A stretch of DNA of 29,622 nucleotides, from contig JBOIBC010000001.1 of assembly GCA_050739295.1 (NCBI GenBank), positions 1 through 29,622 of the forward strand, given 5' to 3'. The first letter of the stretch is position 1. Every line of letters begins with the position of its first letter. Both the position numbers and the translations under genes were made by a program. The stretch comes from Gammaproteobacteria bacterium (lineage in GTDB: Bacteria > Pseudomonadota > Gammaproteobacteria > Natronospirales > REEB76). Under the pieces are notes generated by a model. The model did not search any database. It had not been told where the DNA came from and saw only the letters and a program-made list of their open reading frames with translations. Shown piece by piece: positions 1-9,500 of the stretch.

Positions 1-153
1 CGCCGTGCTCATGGCGCCGGCCAGCGTCACCATCATCTTGCCGCCGGATTTCAACAGCTTCTTGTAAGCTTCCGCAGCATCAATCAGCGCGGCGGCATTG
101 AAATGCCGGTAATGATGCTTGATGAAATCGGCGATAGGCTTGGTATTCATCAT
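1..153 (-). CDS. Deoxyhypusine synthase-like protein (bacterial DHS/homospermidine synthase type), 5' part only; truncated by window edge
   Basis: Manual translation MMNTKPIADFIKHHYRHFNAAALIDAAEAYKKLLKSGGKMMVTLAGAMSTA; HFNAAAL..AA and TLAGAMSTA are typical of the bacterial DHS-like N-terminus; GAGGAG RBS upstream. Not in the ORF track because there is no stop in the window. Confidence 0.8.
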   Translation of the reverse strand, partial: MMNTKPIADFIKHHYRHFNAAALIDAAEAYKKLLKSGGKMMVTLAGAMSTA

Positions 154-233
154 GCGCAGCGGCTCCTCATGAACTTTCGGATTGGCGAAATTGTAATAGC
201 TGTGGCGCAAAAATCAGCCACAGCCTAGACGGT

Positions 234-440
234 TCAAGCCTTTTTTTGTGATACGACGCTGTGCGCGGCCACCACGGCATTGAGGTCCAGCATGCGGATG
301 GCATCCAATGAGGCTTCCACTGCGCCCTCGTGGCACAGGCCGTTCATGGCAGCCGATTCATAGCCCTCGCGTGCAGCCTGCACACAAGCCAGGCGCACTG
401 CTTCGACCAATGACCGTGTGGACACCCTGGCATTGTTCAC
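234..440 (-). CDS. Small conserved hypothetical protein (68 aa)
   Basis: EAVRLACVQAAREGYESAAMNGLCHEGAVEA resembles a small helical family I recall; its GTG start overlaps the TGA stop of the upstream gene (GTGA, 437-440). Confidence 0.7.
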   Translation of the reverse strand: MNNARVSTRSLVEAVRLACVQAAREGYESAAMNGLCHEGAVEASLDAIRMLDLNAVVAAHSVVSQKKA

Positions 441-1453
441 GGTGAGTTCCCTTGCTCATTCGTGGTGACCACGTATACGCGGATTTCAGCAACGCTGCCA
501 TGCCCGGCCGGCACCGCCAGATAATAGGGGCCGGTGGCAGCGTCCAGCAGCGAAGTGCGGGCACCGCGCCGCGTGCGGATATTCCCGCTTTCCAGCAGCC
601 GTCCTGCCTTACCGCTGGTATACACCGCGATTCTGCCCACGCCGCCGGAGGCATACAACTCTTGGGTGCCGGCATCGTAAAACAGGTCGCCCACATCGCC
701 CGGCGCCAACAGCGTCTGCAATATCCGCCCGGTATGCGCCTCCAGTACCAATAGGCGATCCGGCGAGCGTGTGGCCACAAACAGACAATGATGTGCCGCA
801 TCCAGCGCCATGGGAAAATTCGCGCCACTCCCAATACCCAGCGACCAGGTGGCAACGCGCTTGTCGTTGGACAGATTAAATACGGCGATCTCGCGGCTGT
901 CGGGCAAGTTCACGTACAGGCGTTTGGCGGAGGCATCCACCACGAAGCCCGCAGGATGGCTGTTCAATGGCAACTGTGTCAGAGGCCGGCCGTTCCTGTC
1001 CATGATCGCGATGCCGCTCTGATGCCCAGCGTCATAACCGAGATACAGGCGACCGCTGGCAGCGTCGTAGCGCAGGCTACCGGTTCTACTGCCGAACGTG
1101 ATACTGCTGATGTGTGTCAGGCTGTCCGCGGCATAAAAATTGAGGTCGCCACTACCCCCGTCGTTCACCACCAAAACATTGTTGTCCGGGAGATAGACCG
1201 CGCCCCGCGGTTGATCCAGGTTCGGGATCTTGCTGCGTACCGCGCCAGTGTCGAGGTCCAGCACCAGCAGCGCGTCGCTCCCGGTGAGGGCCACGAACAG
1301 ACGATGATGTGCCGCATCCAGCGCCATCCGGCCGAACTGGCCGCGCACGCCGGGCAAGGTGATAATGGCCTTAAGACCCAAACCGGCATGGGCCAGCGGC
1401 GCTGCCAGCAGGACCATGGCGCCCAAAACACAGGCAGTAAGTCGTCGCATCAT
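437..1453 (-). CDS. Secreted YncE/YVTN-like beta-propeller protein
   Basis: Signal peptide MMRRLTACVLGAMVLLAAPLAHA; repeated blades (ALDAAHHRLFVA, YDAASGRLYLG, VDASAKRLYVN, YDAGTQELYAS). Start moved from 1555 to 1453 because 1555 overlaps the divergent permease start. Confidence 0.85.
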   Translation of the reverse strand: MMRRLTACVLGAMVLLAAPLAHAGLGLKAIITLPGVRGQFGRMALDAAHHRLFVALTGSDALLVLDLDTGAVRSKIPNLDQPRGAVYLPDNNVLVVNDGGSGDLNFYAADSLTHISSITFGSRTGSLRYDAASGRLYLGYDAGHQSGIAIMDRNGRPLTQLPLNSHPAGFVVDASAKRLYVNLPDSREIAVFNLSNDKRVATWSLGIGSGANFPMALDAAHHCLFVATRSPDRLLVLEAHTGRILQTLLAPGDVGDLFYDAGTQELYASGGVGRIAVYTSGKAGRLLESGNIRTRRGARTSLLDAATGPYYLAVPAGHGSVAEIRVYVVTTNEQGNSP

Positions 1454-1548
1454 CTTTATCTTGTTACCAATTAACTTGCATCTCAGCCGCATAAGTATCG
1501 GATACATTCCGCTACAATCTTGACCAATCGCAGCACCCGGACGCAACC

Positions 1549-2886
1549 ATGCCAAACCAGCGCAGTCTCGGCCTCGCCACCACCACCTCGATTGTACTTG
1601 GCAACATGGTGGGTTCCGGCATTTTCCTGTTGCCCGCCTCGCTCGCCATCTATGGTGTTTACAGCCTGTGGGGCTGGGGTTTCAGCACGGTCGGCGCCCT
1701 GTTGCTGGCCTGGGTGTTCAGCAGCCTGTCGCGCCGTCTGCCCAAAGCTGGCGGTCCGTACGCCTATCCGCGTGAGGCATTCGGCGACTTCGCCGGCTTT
1801 CTCATCGCCTGGATATATTGGCTCAGCATCCTCGGCACCAACGCCGCGATCGCCGTGGCGTTCGCCAGCTATCTGTCGGATTTTTTCCCGGCGCTGGCCG
1901 CGACACCGCTGTTCGGCGCCCTGGCGGCCATCGCTGCCGTATGGGCGCTCACCGGACTCAACATCTGGGGCGTGCGTGCGGCCGGCAACGTGCAGCTCAT
2001 CACCGTGATCCTCAAGCTCAGCCCGCTGCTGGCGCTCGCAGTGTTCGGCATTTTCCACTTTGACCCGAAAATACTCAATTCAGCACACGTGACCCAATCG
2101 CCGTTTTCGGCGATTGACGCCACCGCCGCGTTCACCATGTGGGCGTTCCTGGGTCTCGAATGCGCGACCGTACCCGCCGACCACGTGAAGGATCCCGAAA
2201 AGACCATCCCGCGCGCCACTTTTCTCGGTACCATCATTGCAGCGGCGTTTTACATCGCCTGTACCACGGTGATCATGGGCGTGATTCCCTCGCACGCGCT
2301 TGCGGTATCGAACGCGCCGTTTGCGGATGCCGCCAAACTGCTCTGGGGCAGTTGGGCCGGTTATCTCATGGCCGCCGCCGCCATGATTTCCTGCTTCGGT
2401 GCACTCAATGGCTGGCTGTTGATGCAGGGTCAGTTTCCCAAGGCTGTGGCCGACGACGGCCTGTTCCCGAAACTGTTCGCACGGGGCACGCGCCACGGCT
2501 CGCCCGCAGTCGGAATGTTGATTTCCAGCGCGCTGGCAACCGCACTCATCCTCATGAATTACAGTCATGGTCTCGTGGGGATGTTCAACATCATCATTCT
2601 GCTCACCACATTCTTCGTGCTGGTGCCCTATATGCTCTGTGCCATGGCAGAGATCGTATTGAGCCGCAGCCAGAACCACACCGCCAAATCGCCGGTGCGC
2701 AATCTGGTGCTGGCCTGTGTGGCATTTGCCTTTGCTTTATGGGCGGCAGCCGGGACCGGCAAAGACTCCCTGTATTGGGGCACACTGCTGCTGCTCGTCG
2801 GCATCCCGATTTACGTCTGGCAGAAGCGGCACCAGAAACACCGCACGTCGGCACACGCGGAGGGCCTGGAACCCACTATCGGCTGA
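1549..2886 (+). CDS. APC-superfamily amino acid/polyamine permease (AdiC/CadB/PotE-like)
   Basis: About 12 hydrophobic segments; TM1 motif MVGSGIFLLPASLA, GGPYAY, TM6 WAFLGLECA. Confidence 0.9.
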   Translation: MPNQRSLGLATTTSIVLGNMVGSGIFLLPASLAIYGVYSLWGWGFSTVGALLLAWVFSSLSRRLPKAGGPYAYPREAFGDFAGFLIAWIYWLSILGTNAAIAVAFASYLSDFFPALAATPLFGALAAIAAVWALTGLNIWGVRAAGNVQLITVILKLSPLLALAVFGIFHFDPKILNSAHVTQSPFSAIDATAAFTMWAFLGLECATVPADHVKDPEKTIPRATFLGTIIAAAFYIACTTVIMGVIPSHALAVSNAPFADAAKLLWGSWAGYLMAAAAMISCFGALNGWLLMQGQFPKAVADDGLFPKLFARGTRHGSPAVGMLISSALATALILMNYSHGLVGMFNIIILLTTFFVLVPYMLCAMAEIVLSRSQNHTAKSPVRNLVLACVAFAFALWAAAGTGKDSLYWGTLLLLVGIPIYVWQKRHQKHRTSAHAEGLEPTIG

Positions 2887-2891
2887 ATCCT

Positions 2892-3539
2892 TCAGGCCAC
2901 GTCCCAGGAAAAAACGCCGATTTGCGGACTGCTGATCTCGATACGATCACCCGGCATCAGCGGACCCACGCCGGCCGGCGTGCCGGAGAAGATCAGGTCA
3001 CCTGGCAGCAAGCGCCAATAGCAGCTCAGGAACACGATGATCTCCGTTACCGGAAACAGCATGTCGCGCGTGTTGCCCTGCTGACGCAGGGTGCCGTTCA
3101 CGCTGCAGCGCATCTCAATGTTCTGAATATCGTCCCGCGCTATACGTGGCACGAATTTCCCAATCACCGCACTATCGTCAAACGATTTTGAAAGCTCCCA
3201 AGGTTGACCTGCTTGCTTCAAATGGCTCTGCACATCGCGCAAAGTGAGGTCAATGCCCAGCGTCAAACCCACCACATATTCGAGTGCTGACACAGCTGCA
3301 ATATCCTTGCCAGCACGGCCGACAGCCACCACCAGCTCCATTTCGTGATGCACGCTGCCGAACCCTTTTGGCAGCACCAGTAACTGACCCTCCGGCACCA
3401 GGCTGGTGGCCGGCTTCATGAACACCACCGGCTCCGCCGGTTTCGCTGCTCCCATTTCCTTCGCATGCTCCGCATAATTGCGGCCGATGCAAAATATACG
3501 GGCTGGTTGGAATGACTGCTGACCGATTGTGATCGTCAT
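2892..3539 (-). CDS. Fumarylacetoacetate hydrolase family protein (FAHD1/YcgM-like)
   Basis: IFCIGRNYAEHAKEM, VFMKP, HHEMEL, GIDLTLRD, WELSKSFD, GDLIFSGTPAGVG; ATG at 3539 with GGAG upstream. Confidence 0.92.
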   Translation of the reverse strand: MTITIGQQSFQPARIFCIGRNYAEHAKEMGAAKPAEPVVFMKPATSLVPEGQLLVLPKGFGSVHHEMELVVAVGRAGKDIAAVSALEYVVGLTLGIDLTLRDVQSHLKQAGQPWELSKSFDDSAVIGKFVPRIARDDIQNIEMRCSVNGTLRQQGNTRDMLFPVTEIIVFLSCYWRLLPGDLIFSGTPAGVGPLMPGDRIEISSPQIGVFSWDVA

Positions 3540-3655
3540 CGGAGTGCTCCTGATTCGGTCTAAGATAATTGTTTTTCTGGACACTTTATCGTAAGTGGCC
3601 TATAAATCCTGCCACGAATTGATTACATCCTCAATCATCAAGCAGGGAGACGCGC

Positions 3656-4129
3656 ATGAAAGCCATATCTGTATCGCTCATACTTGTCCTGGCCTTATTC
3701 CTTGCAGCTGTTCAGGCGGCTACGCCGTCCTCCGCGTCCAGCAATGACAACCAGATAACACAACAGATCCGGCAATTGAACACCGAGGAAGTCAATGCAT
3801 TGATGGCAAACAATGCGAAAACGCTGGCGCGCCTGTGGTCTGACGATTTCGTCGTCACCAATCCTTTCAACAAGTTCCTGACGAAACCGCAGGTGCTGAG
3901 TTTTGTAGGGGCGGACAAGATCGCTTTCAAAGCATACAACAGACAAATCGATTATCTGCATGTTTATGGCAATATGGTCGTGGTCGCCGGGACTGAGATA
4001 GTCGCCTGGTCTGGCCACATGTCGCTGGCAGGAAAAACCTCGGAGCTTCGCTTCACATCGGTGTGGATAAAGCAGGACAGCCGCTGGCAGGAAGTGGCTC
4101 GTCACGCAAACATCGTTTCAACAAAATAA
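3656..4129 (+). CDS. Secreted NTF2-like (DUF4440) protein
   Basis: Signal peptide; LARLWSDDFVVTNP ... RFTSVWIKQDSRWQEVARHAN pattern; GGGAG RBS. Confidence 0.8.
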   Translation: MKAISVSLILVLALFLAAVQAATPSSASSNDNQITQQIRQLNTEEVNALMANNAKTLARLWSDDFVVTNPFNKFLTKPQVLSFVGADKIAFKAYNRQIDYLHVYGNMVVVAGTEIVAWSGHMSLAGKTSELRFTSVWIKQDSRWQEVARHANIVSTK

Positions 4130-4160
4130 CCACTGCCAATAATAAACAAGGCCCGGCAGA

Positions 4161-5186
4161 TCAGGTTAACCTGCCGGGTACGGCAAAATACGTCTCGAAT
4201 CCCGCAAGGATTTTCGGAATGTCGCTTGTCTGGATATCCAGGTGGGTGACGAGGCGCAACTTGACATTCGGCAGGATGAGGATGCGCGCCTGCTTCAGGT
4301 GCGCGCTTAGCGGCTTCACATGCTCCGGTGCGATGTCCGCAAAGACCATGTTGGTCTGCACTGTGGCGGGATCAACCGTGACTTGTTTTATCTGTGCCAG
4401 GCCTTCTGCGAGTCTTATGGCATTCACGTGGTCTTCCGCCAACCTTTCGACATTGTGGTCCAGCGCGTACAAGCCCGCGGCGGCCAGGATACCGGCCTGG
4501 CGCATGCCGCCGCCCAATATTTTTCTGGCACGATGCGCCTTGGCGATCAACTCTTTCGAGCCCACCAGCACCGTACCCACCGGACAGCCAAGACCTTTCG
4601 ACAGACAGATGGACACAGTATTGAAATGCCTGGTGATGTCTTTCACCCGCGCACCAAGTTTCACCGCAGCGTTGAACACGCGCGCGCCGTCCAGATGGAT
4701 GCCGAGCTTGTGCTTGCGCGCAAAATCTGAAGCCTCCTCAAGATAGGCCGGCGGCAACACACGACCGTTCTGGGTGTTCTCCAGCACCAGCAGCCGCGTG
4801 TGCGCAAAATGTGCGTCGTCCGGCTTGATGAGCGCCGCAACTTTTTTCAGATCCAACGTTCCATCCGGTTCGTATTCAACAGTACAGGGCCACAGACTGC
4901 CCAGTACCGCCGCACCACCGGCTTCGTATTTGAAGCTGTGGCCCACCGATCCGATAATGAACTCCTCACCGCGCTCGCAGTGGGCCATGAGCGCCGCGAG
5001 ATTCGATTGTGTACCGCTGGGAAAGAACAGACCAGCCTCATGGCCGGTCATTTCCGCCAGATATTCCTGCAAATGATTGACAGTCGGATCGTCGCCGAAC
5101 ACATCGTCGCCGACTTCTGCCGCCGCCATGGCGGCGCGCATACCACGCGTCGGCTTGGTAACAGTATCGCTGCGCAAGTCAATCAT
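4161..5186 (-). CDS. ltaE: Low-specificity L-threonine aldolase
   Basis: MIDLRSDTVTKP, VGDDVFGDDPTV, SGTQSN, LENT, HLDGAR, CLSKGLG (PLP lysine), GGGMRQAG. Confidence 0.96.
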   Translation of the reverse strand: MIDLRSDTVTKPTRGMRAAMAAAEVGDDVFGDDPTVNHLQEYLAEMTGHEAGLFFPSGTQSNLAALMAHCERGEEFIIGSVGHSFKYEAGGAAVLGSLWPCTVEYEPDGTLDLKKVAALIKPDDAHFAHTRLLVLENTQNGRVLPPAYLEEASDFARKHKLGIHLDGARVFNAAVKLGARVKDITRHFNTVSICLSKGLGCPVGTVLVGSKELIAKAHRARKILGGGMRQAGILAAAGLYALDHNVERLAEDHVNAIRLAEGLAQIKQVTVDPATVQTNMVFADIAPEHVKPLSAHLKQARILILPNVKLRLVTHLDIQTSDIPKILAGFETYFAVPGRLT

Positions 5187-5213
5187 ATTGATAATGCCGA
5201 AGACATCCCTCGT

Positions 5214-5323
5214 CCTCTCTCCCCCTTGTTAGGGGGAGAGATTTGGAGTGAGGGGGCAGATTTCTTCGCGCCGAAGGCACTCCTGTCCTCTTCCCCCATC
5301 AGGGGGAGAGATTAGAGTGAGGG
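5214..5323. repeat. Two tandem REP-like hairpin repeats (CTCTCCCCC-loop-GGGGGAGAG...GAGTGAGGG)
   Basis: cctctctcccccttgttagggggagagatttggagtgaggggg (5214-5256) and cctcttcccccatcagggggagagattagagtgaggg (5287-5323). Confidence 0.8.
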
Positions 5324-5330
5324 CTGATTC

Positions 5331-5924
5331 TTACTGCCCGCCACCGGGCGGATTTTTCGGTGTATTTGGGGTGTTCTTGCTCTTCTGGGTAGCTTGGGCT
5401 TTCTGTTGTTTTGCCCAATCCGCATCCAGAGCCGCGATCACGCCCTTGGTGACGTCATATTTGGTGGCCGCATATACCGCGCCTGCCCCTTGGCTCAGAA
5501 TGATGTCGTAGTGATGCTCCTTGCCATACGCATCGATTACCTTGGTCAACTCCTGCTCGATGGGTTGCAGCAATTCCTGGCGGCGTTGCTCCAAATCCTG
5601 CCGCCCCATCATCACGAACTGCTGCAGATCGTTCTGGCTGTTCTGATAGTTTTTTTGCAGGTTCGCATAGCCGGCTGATTTACTGTCGGCCTTGTCGAGC
5701 TGATCCTTCAGCACCTGCATTTTCTGCTGCTTGTCCTTCGCCTCACCCTGCAGTTTTTGCATGGTGCCCTGCAACTGCTGGTTGGCGTCCATGCCCGCTT
5801 TGGACTTGCCTATGACTTCCTGCAAATTTACCACGCCGATGCGCGGCGCTTCCGCCGCCTGTACCGAGGTCATCGCAAATACACTGGCTGCCAGCACGCC
5901 GGCAGCGATAAATCCGTAACGCAT
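5331..5924 (-). CDS. OmpH/Skp family periplasmic chaperone
   Basis: Signal peptide, RIGVVNLQEVI, coiled-coil middle, YDIIL...VYAATKYDVT; AGGAG RBS before ATG 5924. Confidence 0.88.
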   Translation of the reverse strand: MRYGFIAAGVLAASVFAMTSVQAAEAPRIGVVNLQEVIGKSKAGMDANQQLQGTMQKLQGEAKDKQQKMQVLKDQLDKADSKSAGYANLQKNYQNSQNDLQQFVMMGRQDLEQRRQELLQPIEQELTKVIDAYGKEHHYDIILSQGAGAVYAATKYDVTKGVIAALDADWAKQQKAQATQKSKNTPNTPKNPPGGGQ

Positions 5925-6037
5925 GATGGAATACTCCTGGGATTGAAATACGGTTCCGCCGGTCGGCGGTAATGGGTACGTCCGGACTAGGATAACGCAC
6001 ACCGGGCGGTCCGGACTACCGAATCACCTCGTGTTTT

Positions 6038-6439
6038 TCAGGCTTTTTTCAGGTTCAGGAACACGTTGAGGGTGAAAAACACGATACCGATGACCGCTAT
6101 CGTCGCACCGATCGCCACCACGGGCTGGGCCGCTGGATGGCCAGCCTGCAGAAAAAACAGGCCGATTACGAAAATGGGCAGCCCGATGTTATGCAACCAG
6201 AAATGAACAAGTCCCAGCCAGTGACCACCAGCCCGGGGGCACAGCCAGTAAATGACGCCTGCAAGACCCAGTGAAGCCCAGCCCAGCAGGTTGATGTGGG
6301 CGTGGACGGGGGCGTACTGGAACTGGTGGCTCATGCCCATGACCAGTCCGAAAATTACGCCGATCAGCAGATACACCACCGCAATTTTTATCCAAATCCG
6401 CGCCATGCAGGCGCCACGCACTTCAATGGCAGTAACCAT
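6038..6439 (-). CDS. Small 4-TM membrane protein related to heme-copper oxidase subunit I helices
   Basis: VHAHINLLGW (HxH) and HFWLHNIGLP motifs, four hydrophobic segments; AAGGAG RBS before ATG 6439 (alternative start 6406). Confidence 0.75.
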   Translation of the reverse strand: MVTAIEVRGACMARIWIKIAVVYLLIGVIFGLVMGMSHQFQYAPVHAHINLLGWASLGLAGVIYWLCPRAGGHWLGLVHFWLHNIGLPIFVIGLFFLQAGHPAAQPVVAIGATIAVIGIVFFTLNVFLNLKKA

Positions 6440-6598
6440 TGTAACTCCTTGTCTTGGATTGATATTTCCGTTTCGATGAACTGTGACATAACGATTTCAA
6501 GTGGAGCATACCAGAGTTGCCATTTGAACCGGCAGCCACTTAGGTGGCAAACTTGCCACCCTTTTCGCCCCCTCCTGCAACAATTCAAGGAATACCCC

Positions 6599-9500
6599 AT
6601 GTTCCGGATCTGCTTTTCGCGTCGTACTGTATTGATACCTGCCTTGGCCCTGCTGGCCTTAGCCGCAGGCGCTGCCCAAGCTGGCAACTCGCTCATGCGC
6701 TACCCCACCCTGCATGGAGATTCCGTGGTGTTTGAGGCCCACGGCAACCTGTGGGAAGTGAGCCGCGCCGGCGGCACCGCCCGGCGCCTGACGACCGATC
6801 CCGGTTTCGACATCATGCCGCGCTTCTCGCCGAATGGTGAGTGGATTGCCTTCACCGGCCAATATCGCGGCAACACTGACGTATACGTGATTCCCGCGAC
6901 CGGTGGCGACGCCAGACGCCTCACGTTCCATTCCGACGTGGTAGCCAACGCGCCCTTGCGCTGGGGCCCGGATAACATGGTCGTTACCTGGACACCAGAC
7001 AGCAAAAGTGTCGTGTTCCTGTCACGCCGCAATACCTTCAATTCCTGGTTCGGCCAGTTGTTCACGGTGCCCTTGAGCGGCGGCCTGCCGACGCAGTTGC
7101 CCATCCCCAAGGGCGGCATGTTGACTTATTCTCCGGACGGCCAGTCCATCGCCTACAACCGCATTTTCCGCAACTTCCGCACCTGGAAACGTTACAAGGG
7201 CGGTCTGGCGCAGGACGTGTGGCTGTACAACTTCAAGGACAAAAAAAGCACACGGGTTACGGATTATCCAGGCGCCGACATGGACCCCATGTGGTACGGC
7301 CATGTGATTTATTTTATTTCGGATCGCGGGCCGGCCGTGCGCAAGAATCTCTGGGTCTATGACCTGAACAGCAAACAATTCCGCCAAGTCACGCATTTCA
7401 AGGATTACGACATTGACTGGCCGAGTCTGGGCGACACCGGCATCACCTTCCAGGACGGCGGTGCGCTCTACGTCATGGATCTGCCTTCAGAACAGTTGCA
7501 CAAACTCGATGTCAACGTGCCCGATGACGGCAGCCGCACTGGCGCGCGCTGGGTGGATGCGTCCAAATACCTCCAACTGATGGACACCGCCGGCGACACC
7601 AATCTGGCGCTCTCGCCCAACGGCAAGCGCGCGCTGCTGCAGGCGCGCGGCGACATCTGGTCGCTGCCAAAAGAACACGGACCGAGCCGTGATCTTACCG
7701 ACACCTCCAACGCCGAGGAGGAATATCCTTCCTGGTCGCCGGACGGCAAATGGATCGCCTATGCCACTGACATCAGCGGCGAAGATCAGATCGCGGTGCG
7801 TCCCGCGGACAATTCAGGTCCGCAACAAATCCTCACGGACTTCAAGACCGGCTATTTTTATGGCCCAACCTGGTCACCCGGCAGCGACAAGCTGGCGTTC
7901 TCCGACAACCAACATCAGTTGTGGTATCTGGATGTCAAGAGCCGCAAGCTCGTCAAAGTCGCTCAGGATAAATTCAGCGAGATGCATGATTTCAGTTGGT
8001 CGCCGGATGGCCGTTGGCTCGCCTACAGCCTCACCGCACCGAATCAGATGCGCCAGATTTATTTCTACAACCTGGCAGATGCCAAAGCGACCCTCATCAG
8101 TTCGCCCATGGACAACGACCAAGGCCCGGTGTTCGATCCGGATGGCAAATACCTGTACTTCGTGTCGGCGCGCCACGAAAACCCGACCTTCAGCCAGACC
8201 GAGTTCAACATCGCCACGCTCAAGATGTTCGGTGTGTACGTGGCCACGCTGACGAAAGATGAAGCCTCGCCGTTCGCACCGCGCAACGATGAAGGCACGT
8301 TTTCAGAAAAGAAGGAACAAAAGGCCGGTCCATGGAAACCCGGCGACAGCAAGCCCATCAAGATTGATCTCGATGGCCTCATGGCGCGTGCCGTGCCGCT
8401 GCCCATTCCGGGCGCTAACATTAGCGGCCTGACCGCCACACCGGGCCATGTGTTCTATAGCACCGTGCCCAACCAGACCATCGCCGGGCCTTTGCCGGGT
8501 GTACAGCCGGAGCTGCACGTCTATGACCTGGCGAAGCGCAAGGATACGGTGCTGGGAAGCGGTTTCTATGGCTGGACCCTGTCTGCTGACGGCAGCACCA
8601 TCCTGTACAACACCCCGGATAACAAGCTGTTCACACAGGATGCCACGCCGGATTCCAAGCCCAAACCACTGGACATCTCGAACATGTGGGTCGAAATCAA
8701 TCCGGTGCAGGAATGGAACGAGATGTACTCCATGGCCTGGCGCCTGTACCGGGATTTCTTCTGGAACCGCAAGATGAACGGCGTGGACTGGGACGCGGTA
8801 CAAGCCAAATACGGCAAACTCCTGCCGCTCATGGGTTCACGCGAGGATCTGAACTATTTTATCGGCCAGACGATTGCTGAGCTCAGCAATTCCCACACCT
8901 ACGTGGGTGGCGGTGACATGGATTACAGCGTGCACCGCACACAGAGCGGCTTGTTGGGCGTGGATTTCGGTTTGGATGCAGGTTCGGATCGCTACTACTT
9001 CAAGACCATCTATCCCGGTGACAACACCCGGGCGAACTATCGTTCGCCGCTTACCGAGCCGGGTGTTAACGTCAAACAAGGCGATTACCTGCTGGCGGTA
9101 AACGGCCGCGAACTCAAGGCGCCCATAAACCCCTACAGCCTGTTTGTGGATACCGCCGGCCAGGACGTGGAACTCAGGGTGGCGGACAACGCCGCCGGCA
9201 AGAACGCACGCACGGTATTGGTCAAGACTATCCCCAACGAGCTGGATATCCGCCTCAAGGCCTGGATAGACCACAACCGCGAGGAAGTGAACAAACTCTC
9301 GGACGGCAAGATAGGCTACATCTACATGTCCGACATGGGCGCCATGGGCATGGACCAGTTCATCCGCCAGTTCTACCCGCAACTCACCAAACAAGGTTTG
9401 ATCATTGACGACCGCTACAACGGCGGCGGCTTCATTGACCAGATCGTGCTGGAACGGCTGCGTCGCATACTGGTCGGCATGAACAGCAACCGCGAACAAG

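Noticed and set aside
5214..5323. Possible mini CRISPR array (two repeats with a spacer)
   Set aside because: Only two imperfect units, no cas genes, and the same motif occurs as inverted pairs elsewhere, which fits REP-like repeats.
5930..5960. sigmaE-like GGAACC upstream of the Skp paralog
   Set aside because: No acceptable -10 element at 16-17 nt spacing.
6541..6557. GG-N10-GC spacing upstream of tricorn as a sigma54 promoter
   Set aside because: The -24 element (AGGTGGC) is a poor match to TGGCACG; the inverted repeat explains the sequence better.
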